NCBI GenBank assembly: GCA_043745785.1
Contig: JAYTSG010000004.1
Location: forward strand, 570-64,569
DNA length: 64,000 bases
DNA from: a bacterium
Lineage (GTDB): Bacteria; Patescibacteriota; Minisyncoccia; Phycocordibacterales; UBA5272
Reading direction: 5' to 3'
A program made the translations under genes and the position numbers. A model generated the notes under the pieces. It did not search any database and was not told the DNA's origin. It saw only the letters and a list, made by a program, of their open reading frames with translations. Every line of letters begins with the position of its first letter. The first letter of the stretch is position 1. Of the stretch, positions 50,269 through 60,691 are shown piece after piece.

Positions 50269-50811
50269 TTACGCCTTCTTAAAAGGGATGCCGATAATTT
50301 CAAAGAAACGAGTAGCTTCTTCTTTTGTTGTTGCTGTCGTACCGACAGTAATAGCCATACCGAATACATCTTTTAAATCTTCTTCACCTACTTCTGGAAA
50401 AATAGTTTGTTCTTTGATACCAAAAGTGATATTACCCATAGAGTCAACAGAAGTACGACTGATGCCACGGAAGTCTTTTGTACGAGGAAGAGAAATATTG
50501 AGAAGTCTATCTAAAAATCCGTACATACGTTGACCACGAAGAGTCACTGCGACACCAATCTCATCACCTTCACGAATCTTAAATGAGGCATTTGACTGCT
50601 TCGCTTTTCTGACGGTAGGCTTCTGACCAGTTATCTTTGCAATTCTGTCTACGACTAGGTCATTTCTCTTACGATCTTTTTTCATCATGGTTCCTGTTGC
50701 GACAGAAACATTTATCTTGGTGAGCTTTGGAGCTGCATGGATATTTTTGTAACCAAATTCTTTCTGAAGAGTCTCGTAAGAAGCTTTTTGTTTATCTTGT
50801 ACTTTGTTCAT
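50269..50811 (-). CDS. rplE: 50S ribosomal protein L5
   Basis: An ATG at 50811 gives MNKVQDKQKASYETLQKEFGYKNIHAAPKLTKINVSVATG.... It is separated from rplX by an inserted ATPase gene and a ~1 kb spacer. Confidence 0.9.
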   Translation of the reverse strand: MNKVQDKQKASYETLQKEFGYKNIHAAPKLTKINVSVATGTMMKKDRKRNDLVVDRIAKITGQKPTVRKAKQSNASFKIREGDEIGVAVTLRGQRMYGFLDRLLNISLPRTKDFRGISRTSVDSMGNITFGIKEQTIFPEVGEEDLKDVFGMAITVGTTATTKEEATRFFEIIGIPFKKA

Positions 50812-51892
50812 ATGACTTTGAAGCATGATTAGCAAGGATACCCTTGCGTTATACATCGCTTTCTTAATTAATAGTGTCCGTGTACTCTACCATAAAATAG
50901 AGGAAAAGACAACAAAGAGACAAAAAGAAAGACATACTTTCTCACACTCTTGAAACTAAACAAACGTCATCACAAAACCAACCCCAACCCTTGATTCACA
51001 AGATCTTCCAGTGCATCTCTCATTCTCGAAAGAAGTACTTTCAGAACTTTTTCAAAACCATTTACCAATGTTTTAACATCCACAAAGAATGAAAAGTGGC
51101 TCGTAAGATTTTCTCAATCGAAATAAAGTCTACATTTCTCCACCACACTCCAGTCAATCACTCGAATTTTGGTTTTAGGATATCATTCCACTACAGACAG
51201 GATCTGCTCTGCTCTTGTAGGCAACTCAGTCCTCTGCTTCGTATCGTCACCACACCCCCAAGTGAGGGGTAAAAACCATGAAGAACACTTCCACGATGGG
51301 GGCGATGGGTACACGGATCATGAGAAACAAAAACTGGTAGCTTACCTGTGTCTAACACTAGCAAAAAAGGTCTTTCCTCACTCATTTCAGTAAACACTTG
51401 AAGGACCCTCATTAACTAATGAAGCGTGTAGTTTCGTCTACGCTAAATACCGACAACCTTGCTCATATTGTGACAATAAAGTTCCAGGTCAGATACCTTC
51501 CCTCACTCCATTCGTATCGGCGAGGTATCTACAGGAAATGCGGCAGAGACCGCAGGGAATCAAATTTAAAACCTTTCTCTCCACTCAGAGGAACTGTAAA
51601 ACTGTTAAGAACTCTCCAGAAAAACTAGGCTTTTATGAGATTTTTTGCAAATTTTTTTTGAAGGATTCTGGCTTAGCCGTATATGAGATTGACATATCCA
51701 TCTAGTATCTAAAAACTCTTTACTGTTTAAAAATGAGATGCTTAGCCTTGCTACAAGAGGTAGGCAGAGGACTGGTACCATTCCCCAGCATTGGATAATG
51801 TATATACATATATGGTGTTTACTATCAATCACAGATATACATACAAATAATCATCAAAAACAATCACAGTGTTCCTACTTTTGCTTTTATTT

Positions 51893-53086
51893 TTACAAAA
51901 CTGTCGCGATATTCTCAAGAGTAGTAATGCCCGCATACACTTTTTCTAAGGCATCAGTCTTGAGTAATTTGGTACCGCTCGTTACTACATACAGCTCTAG
52001 ATCTGCCATAGACCGGCCTTCCACAATCATAGAGCGGAGTTTTGTATCAAATTCAAGCACTTCAAATATCCCTGTTCTCCCAAAGAAGCCTTTTTTATCA
52101 CATTTTTCACAACCAGCACCATGTACGAAGTGATGTTCTGAAGGGTCGATTTTAAAATGAAGAAGAAATTCTTGCGCTGGTACATACTCTACTTTACAAA
52201 ATTCACAATTCTTTTTAACGAGCCTCGTCGCTATGACACCATTAACGGCATAGGCAACCATGCTCTTCTCTATATTCATATCTATAAGTCTCGCGATAGT
52301 TCCAGCACTAGAATTGGAGTGAAGAGTAGAAAAGACAGTACGTCCGACCAATGCTGCACGCACAGCGTATTCAGCGGTCTCTGCATCGCGAATTTCGCCA
52401 ATCATAATAGTGTCTGGGTCTTGGCGCAAGATAGATTTCATACCTGAAGCAAAAGTAAGTCCTCTATCTGGATTCATTTGTATTTGACGGATTTTATCAA
52501 AACGGAACTCAACAGGATCTTCGAGGGTAATGACATTTTTATCTTCTGCCATGGTTTCATTAAGCACTGCATAGAGAGTAGAGGTTTTACCTGATCCAAC
52601 AGGACCAGTAACAAGCATCATGCCGTTATTTCTTCTTGCTATTCCTCTTACTTTTTCAAGAGTGATTGGATCCATGCCAAGCTGGTCGAGATGTAAGACA
52701 TGCGAAACAGAGTTAGCTATACGAAAAACAGCAGCATCTCCATAAATGGTAGGGAAGACAGAGATACGTATGTCAATAACCATCGGTTTGTTTTTAGCTG
52801 GATCATTATCCTCATACATAAAGTTAAGGGAAAAGTGACCATCTTGAGGAGTAAACACTGACGTTGTATTGAGTTCGGCGAGGACTTTCAAATGAGTGAG
52901 CAGCTGATCATGGTAACTCATTGGAAAACTAATATAAGGCGTCAGTGTTCCATCTACTCTAAACCGTATTCTAACCTCATTGATACTTGGGTCAATATGT
53001 ATATCAGACGCACGACGATTCACACCATCCAAAAACATAGTTCGCACAAAATTAGGAACGTCATTTGAATGAGTGTTTGTTTCCAT
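51893..53086 (-). CDS. Third GspE-family secretion/pilus ATPase (short form, ComGA/PilB-like N2+CTD with C-terminal tetra-Cys Zn site) inserted in the ribosomal protein cluster
   Basis: An ATG at 53086 gives METNTHS.... The Walker A motif is GPVGSGKTSTLYAV. The Asp box is ITLEDPVEF. The His box is VFSTLHSNSSAGTIARL. The Cys motif is CEFC...CEKCDKKG. ~397 aa. Confidence 0.8.
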   Translation of the reverse strand: METNTHSNDVPNFVRTMFLDGVNRRASDIHIDPSINEVRIRFRVDGTLTPYISFPMSYHDQLLTHLKVLAELNTTSVFTPQDGHFSLNFMYEDNDPAKNKPMVIDIRISVFPTIYGDAAVFRIANSVSHVLHLDQLGMDPITLEKVRGIARRNNGMMLVTGPVGSGKTSTLYAVLNETMAEDKNVITLEDPVEFRFDKIRQIQMNPDRGLTFASGMKSILRQDPDTIMIGEIRDAETAEYAVRAALVGRTVFSTLHSNSSAGTIARLIDMNIEKSMVAYAVNGVIATRLVKKNCEFCKVEYVPAQEFLLHFKIDPSEHHFVHGAGCEKCDKKGFFGRTGIFEVLEFDTKLRSMIVEGRSMADLELYVVTSGTKLLKTDALEKVYAGITTLENIATVL

Positions 53087-53191
53087 AAAAGGTACTAGTT
53101 CTAGTATAATGAGTTTACAAGAAAAAGCGAGGAAGTTGTGAGAAAAAAAGAAATCCGCAAAGCGGATTTCTTTTTTTCTCACGTTTTTTTC

Positions 53192-53449
53192 TTACTCAGA
53201 CTTCAACTTTGCAACCTTCTTTTCTGGTTTTGCTTTTTCTTCAATAAGCTTCACATTTGAAATGTGTATTGGTGCCGGCAAGGACACAAGTCCACCTTTC
53301 TCACCTGTTTTTGTTGGCTTTACGTGACGCTTCATGAGATTAAGCCCTTCGATAACAACTTTATCTTGATCACGAAGTACGCGAGCAATAACACCCTTCT
53401 TTCCTTTTTCTTTTCCTGCAATGACTAGTACGGTATCTCCTTTTTTCAT
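53192..53449 (-). CDS. rplX: 50S ribosomal protein L24
   Basis: MKKGDTVLVIAGKEKGKKGVIARV.... Confidence 0.9.
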   Translation of the reverse strand: MKKGDTVLVIAGKEKGKKGVIARVLRDQDKVVIEGLNLMKRHVKPTKTGEKGGLVSLPAPIHISNVKLIEEKAKPEKKVAKLKSE

Positions 53450-53454
53450 ATATA

Positions 53455-53835
53455 TTAAATTACTTCAGGTGCAAGTGATGCGATCTTTTTAAATCCGTCG
53501 ACACCCTTCTCTGAAATCTCGCGAGGAATAGGTCCAAAGACGCGCCCTGCTTTTGGCTCTAGTTTATTCTTATCAACAATGACGACTGCATTATCATCGA
53601 AAGAAATATAAGAACCATCTTTACGGCGAAACTGCTTCACCGTGCGTACAACAACAGCGTACACAACATCTTTCTTCTTGACAGTCTTTCTTGGTTCTGC
53701 AACCTTAACGGAAAGTACTACTAAATCACCAAGAGACGCATATCTTCTTTTTGAACCTCCAAGCACCTTAAAGACTCGGCCAAACTTTGCGCCTGAGTTG
53801 TCGGTTATTTTTACATTTGTTCCTGCTTGTATCAT
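53455..53835 (-). CDS. rplN: 50S ribosomal protein L14
   Basis: [37 protein letters not shown]...SLAPEVI. Confidence 0.9.
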   Translation of the reverse strand: MIQAGTNVKITDNSGAKFGRVFKVLGGSKRRYASLGDLVVLSVKVAEPRKTVKKKDVVYAVVVRTVKQFRRKDGSYISFDDNAVVIVDKNKLEPKAGRVFGPIPREISEKGVDGFKKIASLAPEVI

Positions 53836-53838
53836 ACG

Positions 53839-54105
53839 CTAGTTATTTTCCACCTTACTGATTACTACAAAAGACTTATCTTTTGAAATGGGTTTTGATT
53901 CTGCAATGATGACTTTATCCCCTACTTTATAGGTGTTATTCTCATCATGAGCTTTGTACTTCTTATCTATCTTAAAGTACTTTCCGTATTTCTTGTGCGC
54001 GATAAAGCGAGTCACATTCACGACGACTGTCTTATCCATTTTATCTGATACGACAGATCCCTGTAATGTTTTCTGTATTCCTTTGTTGTGTGTCGTTGTT
54101 GTCAT
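53839..54105 (-). CDS. rpsQ: 30S ribosomal protein S17
   Basis: ...KTLQGSVVSDKMDKTVVVNVTRFIAHKKYGKYFKIDKKYKAHDE.... Confidence 0.9.
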   Translation of the reverse strand: MTTTTHNKGIQKTLQGSVVSDKMDKTVVVNVTRFIAHKKYGKYFKIDKKYKAHDENNTYKVGDKVIIAESKPISKDKSFVVISKVENN

Positions 54106-54109
54106 ACCT

Positions 54110-54538
54110 TTAGTTTAAATCTCTTCCAATTACGCGTGTCCTTACGGGAAGCTTTGTTCCTGCTTTTCGAAGTGCTTCGCGGGCAACTTCTTCAGTTACA
54201 CCATCTACTTCAAAAAGTACTCTTCCTGGTTTTACTTGAAAACAGTACCCCTGAAGATCTCCCTTACCTTTACCCATCGGAACTTCAGCCGCTTTCTGTG
54301 TTACTGGTCTGTCTGGGAAGATGCGAATCCAAATCTTTGCTGTCTTGCCTGCATGACGGGTCATAGCTCTTCTTGCTGCTTCGATTTGCTTTGAATCAAT
54401 GCGAGATGGCGTCTCTGCTTTGAGACCAAATGAGCCAAAGGCAACAGTGATACCTCTTGTCTCAGGACGCGCTAGCTTTGCTTCTGAAAGCCTTGCTGTC
54501 TGCCACTTTCGATGTTTAACTTTTTTTGGGAATAACAT
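54110..54538 (-). CDS. rplP: 50S ribosomal protein L16
   Basis: [41 protein letters not shown].... Confidence 0.9.
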   Translation of the reverse strand: MLFPKKVKHRKWQTARLSEAKLARPETRGITVAFGSFGLKAETPSRIDSKQIEAARRAMTRHAGKTAKIWIRIFPDRPVTQKAAEVPMGKGKGDLQGYCFQVKPGRVLFEVDGVTEEVAREALRKAGTKLPVRTRVIGRDLN

Positions 54539-54563
54539 ACTCGCTTCTTAAATTACTGATTAA

Positions 54564-55232
54564 TTATTTTGTCTCCTTCTTACCATCATACTTCATACCT
54601 CTGTATATCCACACTTTCACACCAATAACACCGTAGGTCATATTAGCTCTTTCTTTAGCAAAAGAAATATCAGCGCGAAGTGTCTGAAGCGGAATACCTC
54701 CTCGCTTTATTTCTTCACGGCGAGCCATTTCAGCTCCTCCTAGGCGTCCTGATACTGCAATACGAGCTCCCTTCACATCACGATTAGCCATTACCTTTTC
54801 GATAGTAGTCTTAAGGACACGACGGAAAGGAAGACGTTTCTCGATAGCTTCAGTAACCATCCATGCCACGATAGCCGCATCAGCTTCTGGACTGTTTACT
54901 TCTACGATATCTATCTTAACATCAGGAAGAACCAGCTTATGACGGGCAATTTCTTTTTTAAGAGAAAGCTTAAGGTCTTCAATACCCTTTCCTTCGCGAC
55001 CAATAATCATTCCTGGGCGTGAAGTATGTATAGCGATGCGATATTGCTTTGCACTTCTCTCGATATCAACGGTTGCAACATAACTACCACGAAGTTTCTT
55101 GTCAAGAAAACGGCGTAGCAGAATATCTGCTTTAAGATGTGAAGCATACTGATCTTTATCGGCGAACCAGCGGCTCTTCCAGTCACGAATGATACCGAGG
55201 CGGTGGGCGTATGGATGTACTACGTGTGTCAT
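54564..55232 (-). CDS. rpsC: 30S ribosomal protein S3
   Basis: MTHVVHPYAHRLGIIRDWKSRWFADKDQYASHL..., with KH and S3-C domains. Confidence 0.9.
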   Translation of the reverse strand: MTHVVHPYAHRLGIIRDWKSRWFADKDQYASHLKADILLRRFLDKKLRGSYVATVDIERSAKQYRIAIHTSRPGMIIGREGKGIEDLKLSLKKEIARHKLVLPDVKIDIVEVNSPEADAAIVAWMVTEAIEKRLPFRRVLKTTIEKVMANRDVKGARIAVSGRLGGAEMARREEIKRGGIPLQTLRADISFAKERANMTYGVIGVKVWIYRGMKYDGKKETK

Positions 55233-55246
55233 GTTATTATATAAAA

Positions 55247-55582
55247 TTATTTTGTTTTCTTGTCAGCAACCTTTTCACCAAGTTCAATAACAACTTTTGA
55301 AGTATGCTTATGAATAGGGAAGGCTCGACCCATAGCTCTTGGCATAAATCTTTTAAGAACAACTCCCTTATCAACGCGAGCTGATTTTATAAAAAGAGCA
55401 CTCGCCTCTTTTCCAGAGTTAGCAACAGCTGAAGCAAGTAGCTTTCTGATAGGAAGAGCTCCACGCTTAATAAGTCTGTTTAAGATAGCGTCTGCTTCGA
55501 CGGCTCCTTTACCGCTAACAAGAGACGTGACGAGACGGACCTTGCGTGGTGATTGACGATAGTTGTTAAGATATGCTTTCAT
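55247..55582 (-). CDS. rplV: 50S ribosomal protein L22
   Basis: MKAYLNNYRQSPRKVRLVTSLVSGKGAVEADAIL.... Confidence 0.9.
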   Translation of the reverse strand: MKAYLNNYRQSPRKVRLVTSLVSGKGAVEADAILNRLIKRGALPIRKLLASAVANSGKEASALFIKSARVDKGVVLKRFMPRAMGRAFPIHKHTSKVVIELGEKVADKKTK

Positions 55583-55609
55583 GTTTTTTGTATAAGTGAT
55601 TCGTTAAGA

Positions 55610-55960
55610 CTATTTCTTCTTGGTCTTAGTATCAGTAGTTGCCTTTGCTTGCTTTGCTGCATCGATTTCAGATTGCTTCTTCTTCTGGTCAATTTCCTTT
55701 TGCATCTTACCTCCATGTCTTACGAATTTGCGGGTTGGTGAAAATTCACCCAACTTATGACCGACCATGTCTTCAGTGATAAAGACAGGAATATGCTCTT
55801 TGCCATTATAGACTCCAAAACTGAAGCCGACCATCTCTGGTGAGATGTCGCAAGCGCGTATCCATGTCTTAATAACGCCTGTGCTTTCTGGGCGTTTGCC
55901 GAGTACTTTTTTGAGTACTCGTTCATCGACATATGGGCCTTTTTTAAGTGATCGTGTCAT
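55610..55960 (-). CDS. rpsS: 30S ribosomal protein S19 (with Lys-rich C-terminal extension)
   Basis: [19 protein letters not shown]...[18 protein letters not shown], followed by a K/Q/T-rich tail. Confidence 0.9.
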   Translation of the reverse strand: MTRSLKKGPYVDERVLKKVLGKRPESTGVIKTWIRACDISPEMVGFSFGVYNGKEHIPVFITEDMVGHKLGEFSPTRKFVRHGGKMQKEIDQKKKQSEIDAAKQAKATTDTKTKKK

Positions 55961-56022
55961 AGCTGTGATTGGGTATTAATTCTAACAAATTTTAGTGTAA
56001 AGTCAATGGTTTTTGAGGATTC

Positions 56023-56859
56023 TTATTTCTTTCCTACTTTTCTTCTCGAAACAATGTGCACATTTGAGTACTTCTTCGGGCTTCTTGTCTTTCTTCCGCC
56101 AGTAACTTTACCTTGCTTTGTCTTCGGACGCTTGGTACCTCGTGGTGCTTTTCCTTCACCTCCTCCATAAGGGTGATCTACGGCGTTCTTGGCCATTGCT
56201 CTGGTCTTTGGTCTCCAACCAAGATGGCGGGCACGCCCTGCCTTACCGAGATTACGAAGTCTGTACTCTTCATTGGAAACTTCTCCAATACAAGCAGAGC
56301 AAAGATCGCGTATCTTTCTTACTTCTGTTGAAGGAAGTTTAACTGAAGTGAATCCTCCATCATGAGCCACCACTTGAGCAAAGACTCCAGCTGAACGAAC
56401 AAGCTTTGATCCTGAGCCAGGATGTAATTCAATATTATAAATGTAAGTACCTACGGGAATATTCTTGAGCGCAGTACGGTTTCCTGGTTCTAGTGGAGCT
56501 TCATCTCCTACTTGGAAAGTGCTACCTACTTTCACTGATTGTGGAAGGAGCACATAACGCTTCTCACCATCCATATAACAAACAAGTCCAATAAAGCCTG
56601 ATCTGTTTGGATCGTACTCTACGGTCTCAATCTTAGCTTTTATACCAATCTTGTTGTAGGAAAAGTCAATATCTCTAAAAGAGCGCTTATGTCCTCCTCC
56701 TCTTGCTTGACTGGTGATTCTTCCAAACGCATTGCGTCCTGATCCTCGGCGAAAACCTTTAGTGAGTGGCTTATACGGCTCATTGGTCGTCAGTACACCA
56801 CGATAGGTGACCGTTGCCATGTTTCTCCTTGATGGGGTAGTTGGTTTATATGTCTTCAT
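56023..56859 (-). CDS. rplB: 50S ribosomal protein L2
   Basis: 278 aa. ...HPGSGSKLVRSAGVFAQVVAHDGGFTSVKLPSTEVRKI...GGGEGKAPRG.... Confidence 0.95.
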   Translation of the reverse strand: MKTYKPTTPSRRNMATVTYRGVLTTNEPYKPLTKGFRRGSGRNAFGRITSQARGGGHKRSFRDIDFSYNKIGIKAKIETVEYDPNRSGFIGLVCYMDGEKRYVLLPQSVKVGSTFQVGDEAPLEPGNRTALKNIPVGTYIYNIELHPGSGSKLVRSAGVFAQVVAHDGGFTSVKLPSTEVRKIRDLCSACIGEVSNEEYRLRNLGKAGRARHLGWRPKTRAMAKNAVDHPYGGGEGKAPRGTKRPKTKQGKVTGGRKTRSPKKYSNVHIVSRRKVGKK

Positions 56860-56869
56860 ACGTGGTTAC

Positions 56870-57178
56870 TTATGCGAGTTTAATAGAGTCACCTTTCTTT
56901 AAAAAGACGATAGCTTTTTTTAGTTGTGATGACATACCCCACTTACCACGAACAAACACTCTTTGGGAAGGTATATTCGTAATGTTGATACGCTTTGGAG
57001 ATACTTTGTAGGTAACTTTTATCTCATCAGCGAGAGTGAGCTTGGTAGATTCAGTTCTTACATCAAAAGTGTAAGCGTTTTGATTTCCCTGTAGTGAAGC
57101 TTTCTCCGTGAGGCGTGGTGCCAGAATAAGCTTCTTTACTTCGTCTTCTTTCTTAGTTGTCAGTTCTTTTTTTGCCAT
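56870..57178 (-). CDS. rplW: 50S ribosomal protein L23
   Basis: ...LILAPRLTEKASLQGNQNAYTFDVRTESTKLTLADEIK.... Confidence 0.85.
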   Translation of the reverse strand: MAKKELTTKKEDEVKKLILAPRLTEKASLQGNQNAYTFDVRTESTKLTLADEIKVTYKVSPKRINITNIPSQRVFVRGKWGMSSQLKKAIVFLKKGDSIKLA

Positions 57179-57190
57179 AGATAGTAAAAA

Positions 57191-57853
57191 TTAAGCGATT
57201 TTCTTAGAAAGAAGCGCAATGGTCTCTTCTGGGTTAGTAATAACGAGGTAACGAGTATTCGCAAGATCAAGAGGGTTGAGATTCGAGATGTTGGTTAGAG
57301 TTACATACGGAAGATTACGGAAACCTTTCTTTTCAGCATCTCCTAACTTTGGAGAGGTCATCATAACATTTCCGATTTTCTTGTATGCAAGGTTCTTGAA
57401 AGTTGTTCCTTCTGCAAGGTTTTTCATGATAGTTTCAGCAGATTTTGTTTTACCATCAACTGCAGAAATACCATCAACAAAGAGAACTTTACCTTCCTTC
57501 ACTTTTGCAGAGAGCAGAGTAAAGAGTGCTGCACGATTCATAGAATCAGTGAGTACGCGTTTGTAATTCTTGTCATTACGTGGCCCATGGGTAACACCAC
57601 CGTGTCTCCAAAGTGGGGAACGTGATGAACCGTGACGAGCACGTCCTGTCCCTTTTTGTGCCCATGGTTTCTTTCCACCACCAGACACTTCACTTCTATC
57701 TTTAGTGTGAGCGGTGCCAGCACGGCGGTTTGAACCTTGAATATAAAGTACTTGGGAGACAAGGTCTCCATTCCACTTTACTCCAAAGAGTTCTTCCGGA
57801 AGCATAAGCTTCTTTGATTCTTTACCTTCTTGTGTATATACTGCTACTTCCAT
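57191..57853 (-). CDS. rplD: 50S ribosomal protein L4
   Basis: 220 aa. ...SGGGKKPWAQKGTGRARHGSSRSPLWRHGGVTHGP.... Confidence 0.9.
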   Translation of the reverse strand: MEVAVYTQEGKESKKLMLPEELFGVKWNGDLVSQVLYIQGSNRRAGTAHTKDRSEVSGGGKKPWAQKGTGRARHGSSRSPLWRHGGVTHGPRNDKNYKRVLTDSMNRAALFTLLSAKVKEGKVLFVDGISAVDGKTKSAETIMKNLAEGTTFKNLAYKKIGNVMMTSPKLGDAEKKGFRNLPYVTLTNISNLNPLDLANTRYLVITNPEETIALLSKKIA

Positions 57854-57855
57854 AT

Positions 57856-58461
57856 CTATCCTTTAATTTCAACTAATGTTCCCCTCTTACCTGCAACCGC
57901 TCCTTTGACAAGAATAAAGCCATTCTCGAGGTCAATATCGAGAATTTCTCTATTCTTTTCAGTAACACGGTCACTACCCATTCTTCCTGGCATTCTTTTT
58001 CCACGGTTAACTCTCTGCTGACCAGTCGAACCAATAGAACCAACTTCACGCATTGAGTGTTTCTGTCCGTGCTGATGCCAACCTCCATGCATACCATGGA
58101 GTTTCATAACTCCCTGAAAACCTTTACCCTTTGACACTGATGAGACAGAGACAATATCTCCTGCTGAAAAAATATCTGCTGCAATAGTAGCACCGACAGC
58201 TAAATCTCCTGGTGACGTACGAAACTCTTTGACTACTTTATAGCCTTGACCCTTGAAGTGGCCAAGTTCAGCTTTTGAGACACGTGATTCTTTTTGTTTG
58301 AAGACAGCAACCTGAATGGCATCGTAACCATCTTTTCCATCAGCGCGCTTGATGCTGGTCACAGACAATGGCTCACAAGTGAGCACTGTCGCGGCAAACA
58401 CTCTCCCGTCTTCGGAGAAAAACTGTGTCATGCTGGACTTTTTTGCTAGAGTAAATTTCAT
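57856..58461 (-). CDS. rplC: 50S ribosomal protein L3
   Basis: 201 aa. ...GKGFQGVMKLHGMHGGWHQHGQKHSMREVGSIGS.... Confidence 0.9.
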   Translation of the reverse strand: MKFTLAKKSSMTQFFSEDGRVFAATVLTCEPLSVTSIKRADGKDGYDAIQVAVFKQKESRVSKAELGHFKGQGYKVVKEFRTSPGDLAVGATIAADIFSAGDIVSVSSVSKGKGFQGVMKLHGMHGGWHQHGQKHSMREVGSIGSTGQQRVNRGKRMPGRMGSDRVTEKNREILDIDLENGFILVKGAVAGKRGTLVEIKG

Positions 58462-58482
58462 ACAGTACTAATAGGGATTTTG

Positions 58483-58845
58483 TTAAGCCATCTTGACGTC
58501 AACGTCGACGCCGGATGGAAGGGAAAGGTTAGTGAGAGCTTCGATAAGCTTCGGACTTGGATTGACAATGTCAATGAGTCTCTTGTGGGTTCTCATCTCG
58601 AATTGCTCACGAGCATCTTTGTAGATGAAGGAGGAACGGTTGACCGTATACTTCTTTATTTCTGTTGGAAGTGGTATTGGTCCGAGTATGACTGCTTCAA
58701 ATCGTCTTGCTGTATCGATGATTTGCTTGACTGAAGCATCGAGAATCTTACTTTCGTAAGCTCTCACGCGGATTCTGAGTTTTTGCACATCAGAAACAGC
58801 TGCTGCTTTTTGCTTTTTTGGAGTTGTAGTTGCTGGAGCGCTCAT
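58483..58845 (-). CDS. rpsJ: 30S ribosomal protein S10
   Basis: ...[51 protein letters not shown].... Confidence 0.9.
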   Translation of the reverse strand: MSAPATTTPKKQKAAAVSDVQKLRIRVRAYESKILDASVKQIIDTARRFEAVILGPIPLPTEIKKYTVNRSSFIYKDAREQFEMRTHKRLIDIVNPSPKLIEALTNLSLPSGVDVDVKMA

Positions 58846-58874
58846 GGGAGTAATAAATAAAGGGGAAACAAAAA

Positions 58875-60071
58875 CTATGCGATAATCTTAGTGACGACAC
58901 CTGCCCCGACAGTCTTGCCTCCTTCACGGATAGCAAAGCGCTGTTGTTCTTCAAGAGCGATAGGAGCGTGAAGCTTCACGGTAAACTTTACGGTATCTCC
59001 TGGCATGACCATTTCTGTTCCTGCAGGAAGAGTTACTTCACCAGTAACATCAGTAGTACGTACGTAGAACTGTGGCTTGTAACCATTGAGAAATGGTGTA
59101 TGACGACCACCTTCATCTTTCTTAAGAATATATACTTCACATTCGAAATCTGTATGAGGCTTGACGGTACCTGGCTTACAAAGTACCTGACCACGCATGA
59201 TATCTTCTTTCTTGATACCACGGATAAGTATACCCGCGTTATCACCTGCTTGACCTTCTGAGAGAGACTTGTTGAACATTTCAATACCCGTAACAGTAGT
59301 AGTCACTGTATCCTTGAGACCGACAATTTCTACTGTGTCGTTAATTTTAAGAAGCCCACGTTCAATTTTACCAGTAACAACAGTACCACGTCCTTCAATG
59401 GTGAAGATATCTTCAACAGGCATAAGGAAAGGCTTTGCAACGTCACGAATAGGAACTGGAATGTAGTTATCGAGAGCATCCATTAGTTCTACTACTTTCT
59501 TTGCCCATGGATCATCGAGAGATGTCGCAACAGAAGCTTTCAGTCCAGATCCTCTGATAATTGGAGTAGTAACACCATCAAAGCCTTGCTTTGTAAGGAG
59601 TTCTCGGATTTCTTCTTCAACGAGTTCGATCATTTCTTCATCATCAACCATGTCACACTTGTTGAGGAAGACGACGATTTTTGGCACACCCACCTGCTTG
59701 GCAAGGAGAATGTGTTCACGAGTCTGTGGCATAGGACCATCAGTTGCTGCAACAACGAGTATAGCACCGTCCATTTGTGCGGCACCGGTGATCATGTTCT
59801 TGATATAGTCAGCATGCCCTGGTGCATCGATATGAGCGTAGTGGCGAGCCTTAGTCCAGTATTCTGAGTGAGAAAGTGAAATAGTGATACCACGAGCTTT
59901 TTCTTCTGGAGCCTTGTCGATATCATCAACACCCTTCACTTTAATGGTTGGATCCATGAGGTGAAGTACGTTAAGGATAGCCGCGGTAAGAGTTGTCTTT
60001 CCGTGGTCTACGTGCCCGATGGTTCCTACGTTTACGTGTGGTTTGTCGCGATTGAATTCTATTGCTGCCAT
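58875..60071 (-). CDS. tuf: Translation elongation factor Tu
   Basis: An ATG at 60071 gives [32 protein letters not shown].... DCPGHADY and NKCD are present. Confidence 0.95.
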   Translation of the reverse strand: MAAIEFNRDKPHVNVGTIGHVDHGKTTLTAAILNVLHLMDPTIKVKGVDDIDKAPEEKARGITISLSHSEYWTKARHYAHIDAPGHADYIKNMITGAAQMDGAILVVAATDGPMPQTREHILLAKQVGVPKIVVFLNKCDMVDDEEMIELVEEEIRELLTKQGFDGVTTPIIRGSGLKASVATSLDDPWAKKVVELMDALDNYIPVPIRDVAKPFLMPVEDIFTIEGRGTVVTGKIERGLLKINDTVEIVGLKDTVTTTVTGIEMFNKSLSEGQAGDNAGILIRGIKKEDIMRGQVLCKPGTVKPHTDFECEVYILKKDEGGRHTPFLNGYKPQFYVRTTDVTGEVTLPAGTEMVMPGDTVKFTVKLHAPIALEEQQRFAIREGGKTVGAGVVTKIIA

Positions 60072-60260
60072 ATGTTTTTGTATAGTCATGCCTCCCAAGA
60101 AATAATTTCTTGGTGGTAGTAGACTTTTAAATTAAAATTGAATAAAAATACACTTAGCCAAGCGGACACATAGAGAAATGCTAAGTGGTAGAATTATAGC
60201 ACGCTCTTTACACATTTGCAAGACAAGACCTCATCTTACTCTTATGCTGACAGCCAAGAT

Positions 60261-60297
60261 AAATACAAGCGCGGTTCCTGCGGAACCGCGCTTGTAT
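60261..60297. terminator. Bidirectional terminator palindrome (AAATACAAGCGCGGTTCC tg CGGAACCGCGCTTGTATT)
   Basis: 18-bp perfect inverted repeat. It lies ~100 bp downstream of the stop of the minus-strand 60395..60682 gene and upstream of the tuf promoter region. Confidence 0.75.
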
Positions 60298-60394
60298 TCT
60301 ATCCCCTTTTACTCTCACTCATTCTCTTTTTTCTCCACTTTTTCGCAACTCTTTTATCCACTTACTCAAAAAGCTTGAGTAATACTCTAAAATC

Positions 60395-60682
60395 TTAGAC
60401 TTCTTGATACGTCGCTATCACTTCTTTACTGCTTTCTGCAACGAAAGCATCCAAATTGGGCACTTCTGCTTGAAAAAAGGCTTGGAGTGCTACGTTATCC
60501 GCACTTTGTAGTACCGTGTCAAAGCGTATGATTTGCTCATCTGAAAGAGACTCAGCGACTTTCAAAAAAATAGTTTGCAAAATAATACCTCCGAGAGCAG
60601 AAACAATTTTCTCTACCTCTTCTTGCGATTTTCCTTCTAAAGATAGTGCTTTGACTATTTGTTGTTGTATTTCTGGGGTCAT
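60395..60682 (-). CDS. Hypothetical small protein (95 aa)
   Basis: The ATG lies 10 bp after the stop of the upstream 1046-aa gene, so the gene is probably co-transcribed. Acidic and helical. Confidence 0.4.
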   Translation of the reverse strand: MTPEIQQQIVKALSLEGKSQEEVEKIVSALGGIILQTIFLKVAESLSDEQIIRFDTVLQSADNVALQAFFQAEVPNLDAFVAESSKEVIATYQEV

Positions 60683-60691
60683 GATATTGCT

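Noticed and set aside
50881-51892. RNase P RNA, tmRNA or SRP RNA in the GC-shifted spacer (also considered for 3850-4440)
   Set aside because: The hallmark motifs were not found. These are GGAAAGUCCGG / ACAGAACCCGGCUUA for RNase P, GGGG..AUUCUGGAUUCGAC with a tag ORF ending in AA-stop for tmRNA, and GGAAGCAGCCA for the SRP domain IV loop. Only a weak CCAGGUCAGAU resemblance was seen. It is left as an open candidate for cmscan rather than called.
60099-60394. tRNA genes upstream of tuf (a common tRNA-tuf arrangement) and tRNAs in other intergenic gaps
   Set aside because: No cloverleaf-compatible sequence or GTTC(G/A)A.TC T-loop motif was found. The region instead contains a long terminator palindrome.
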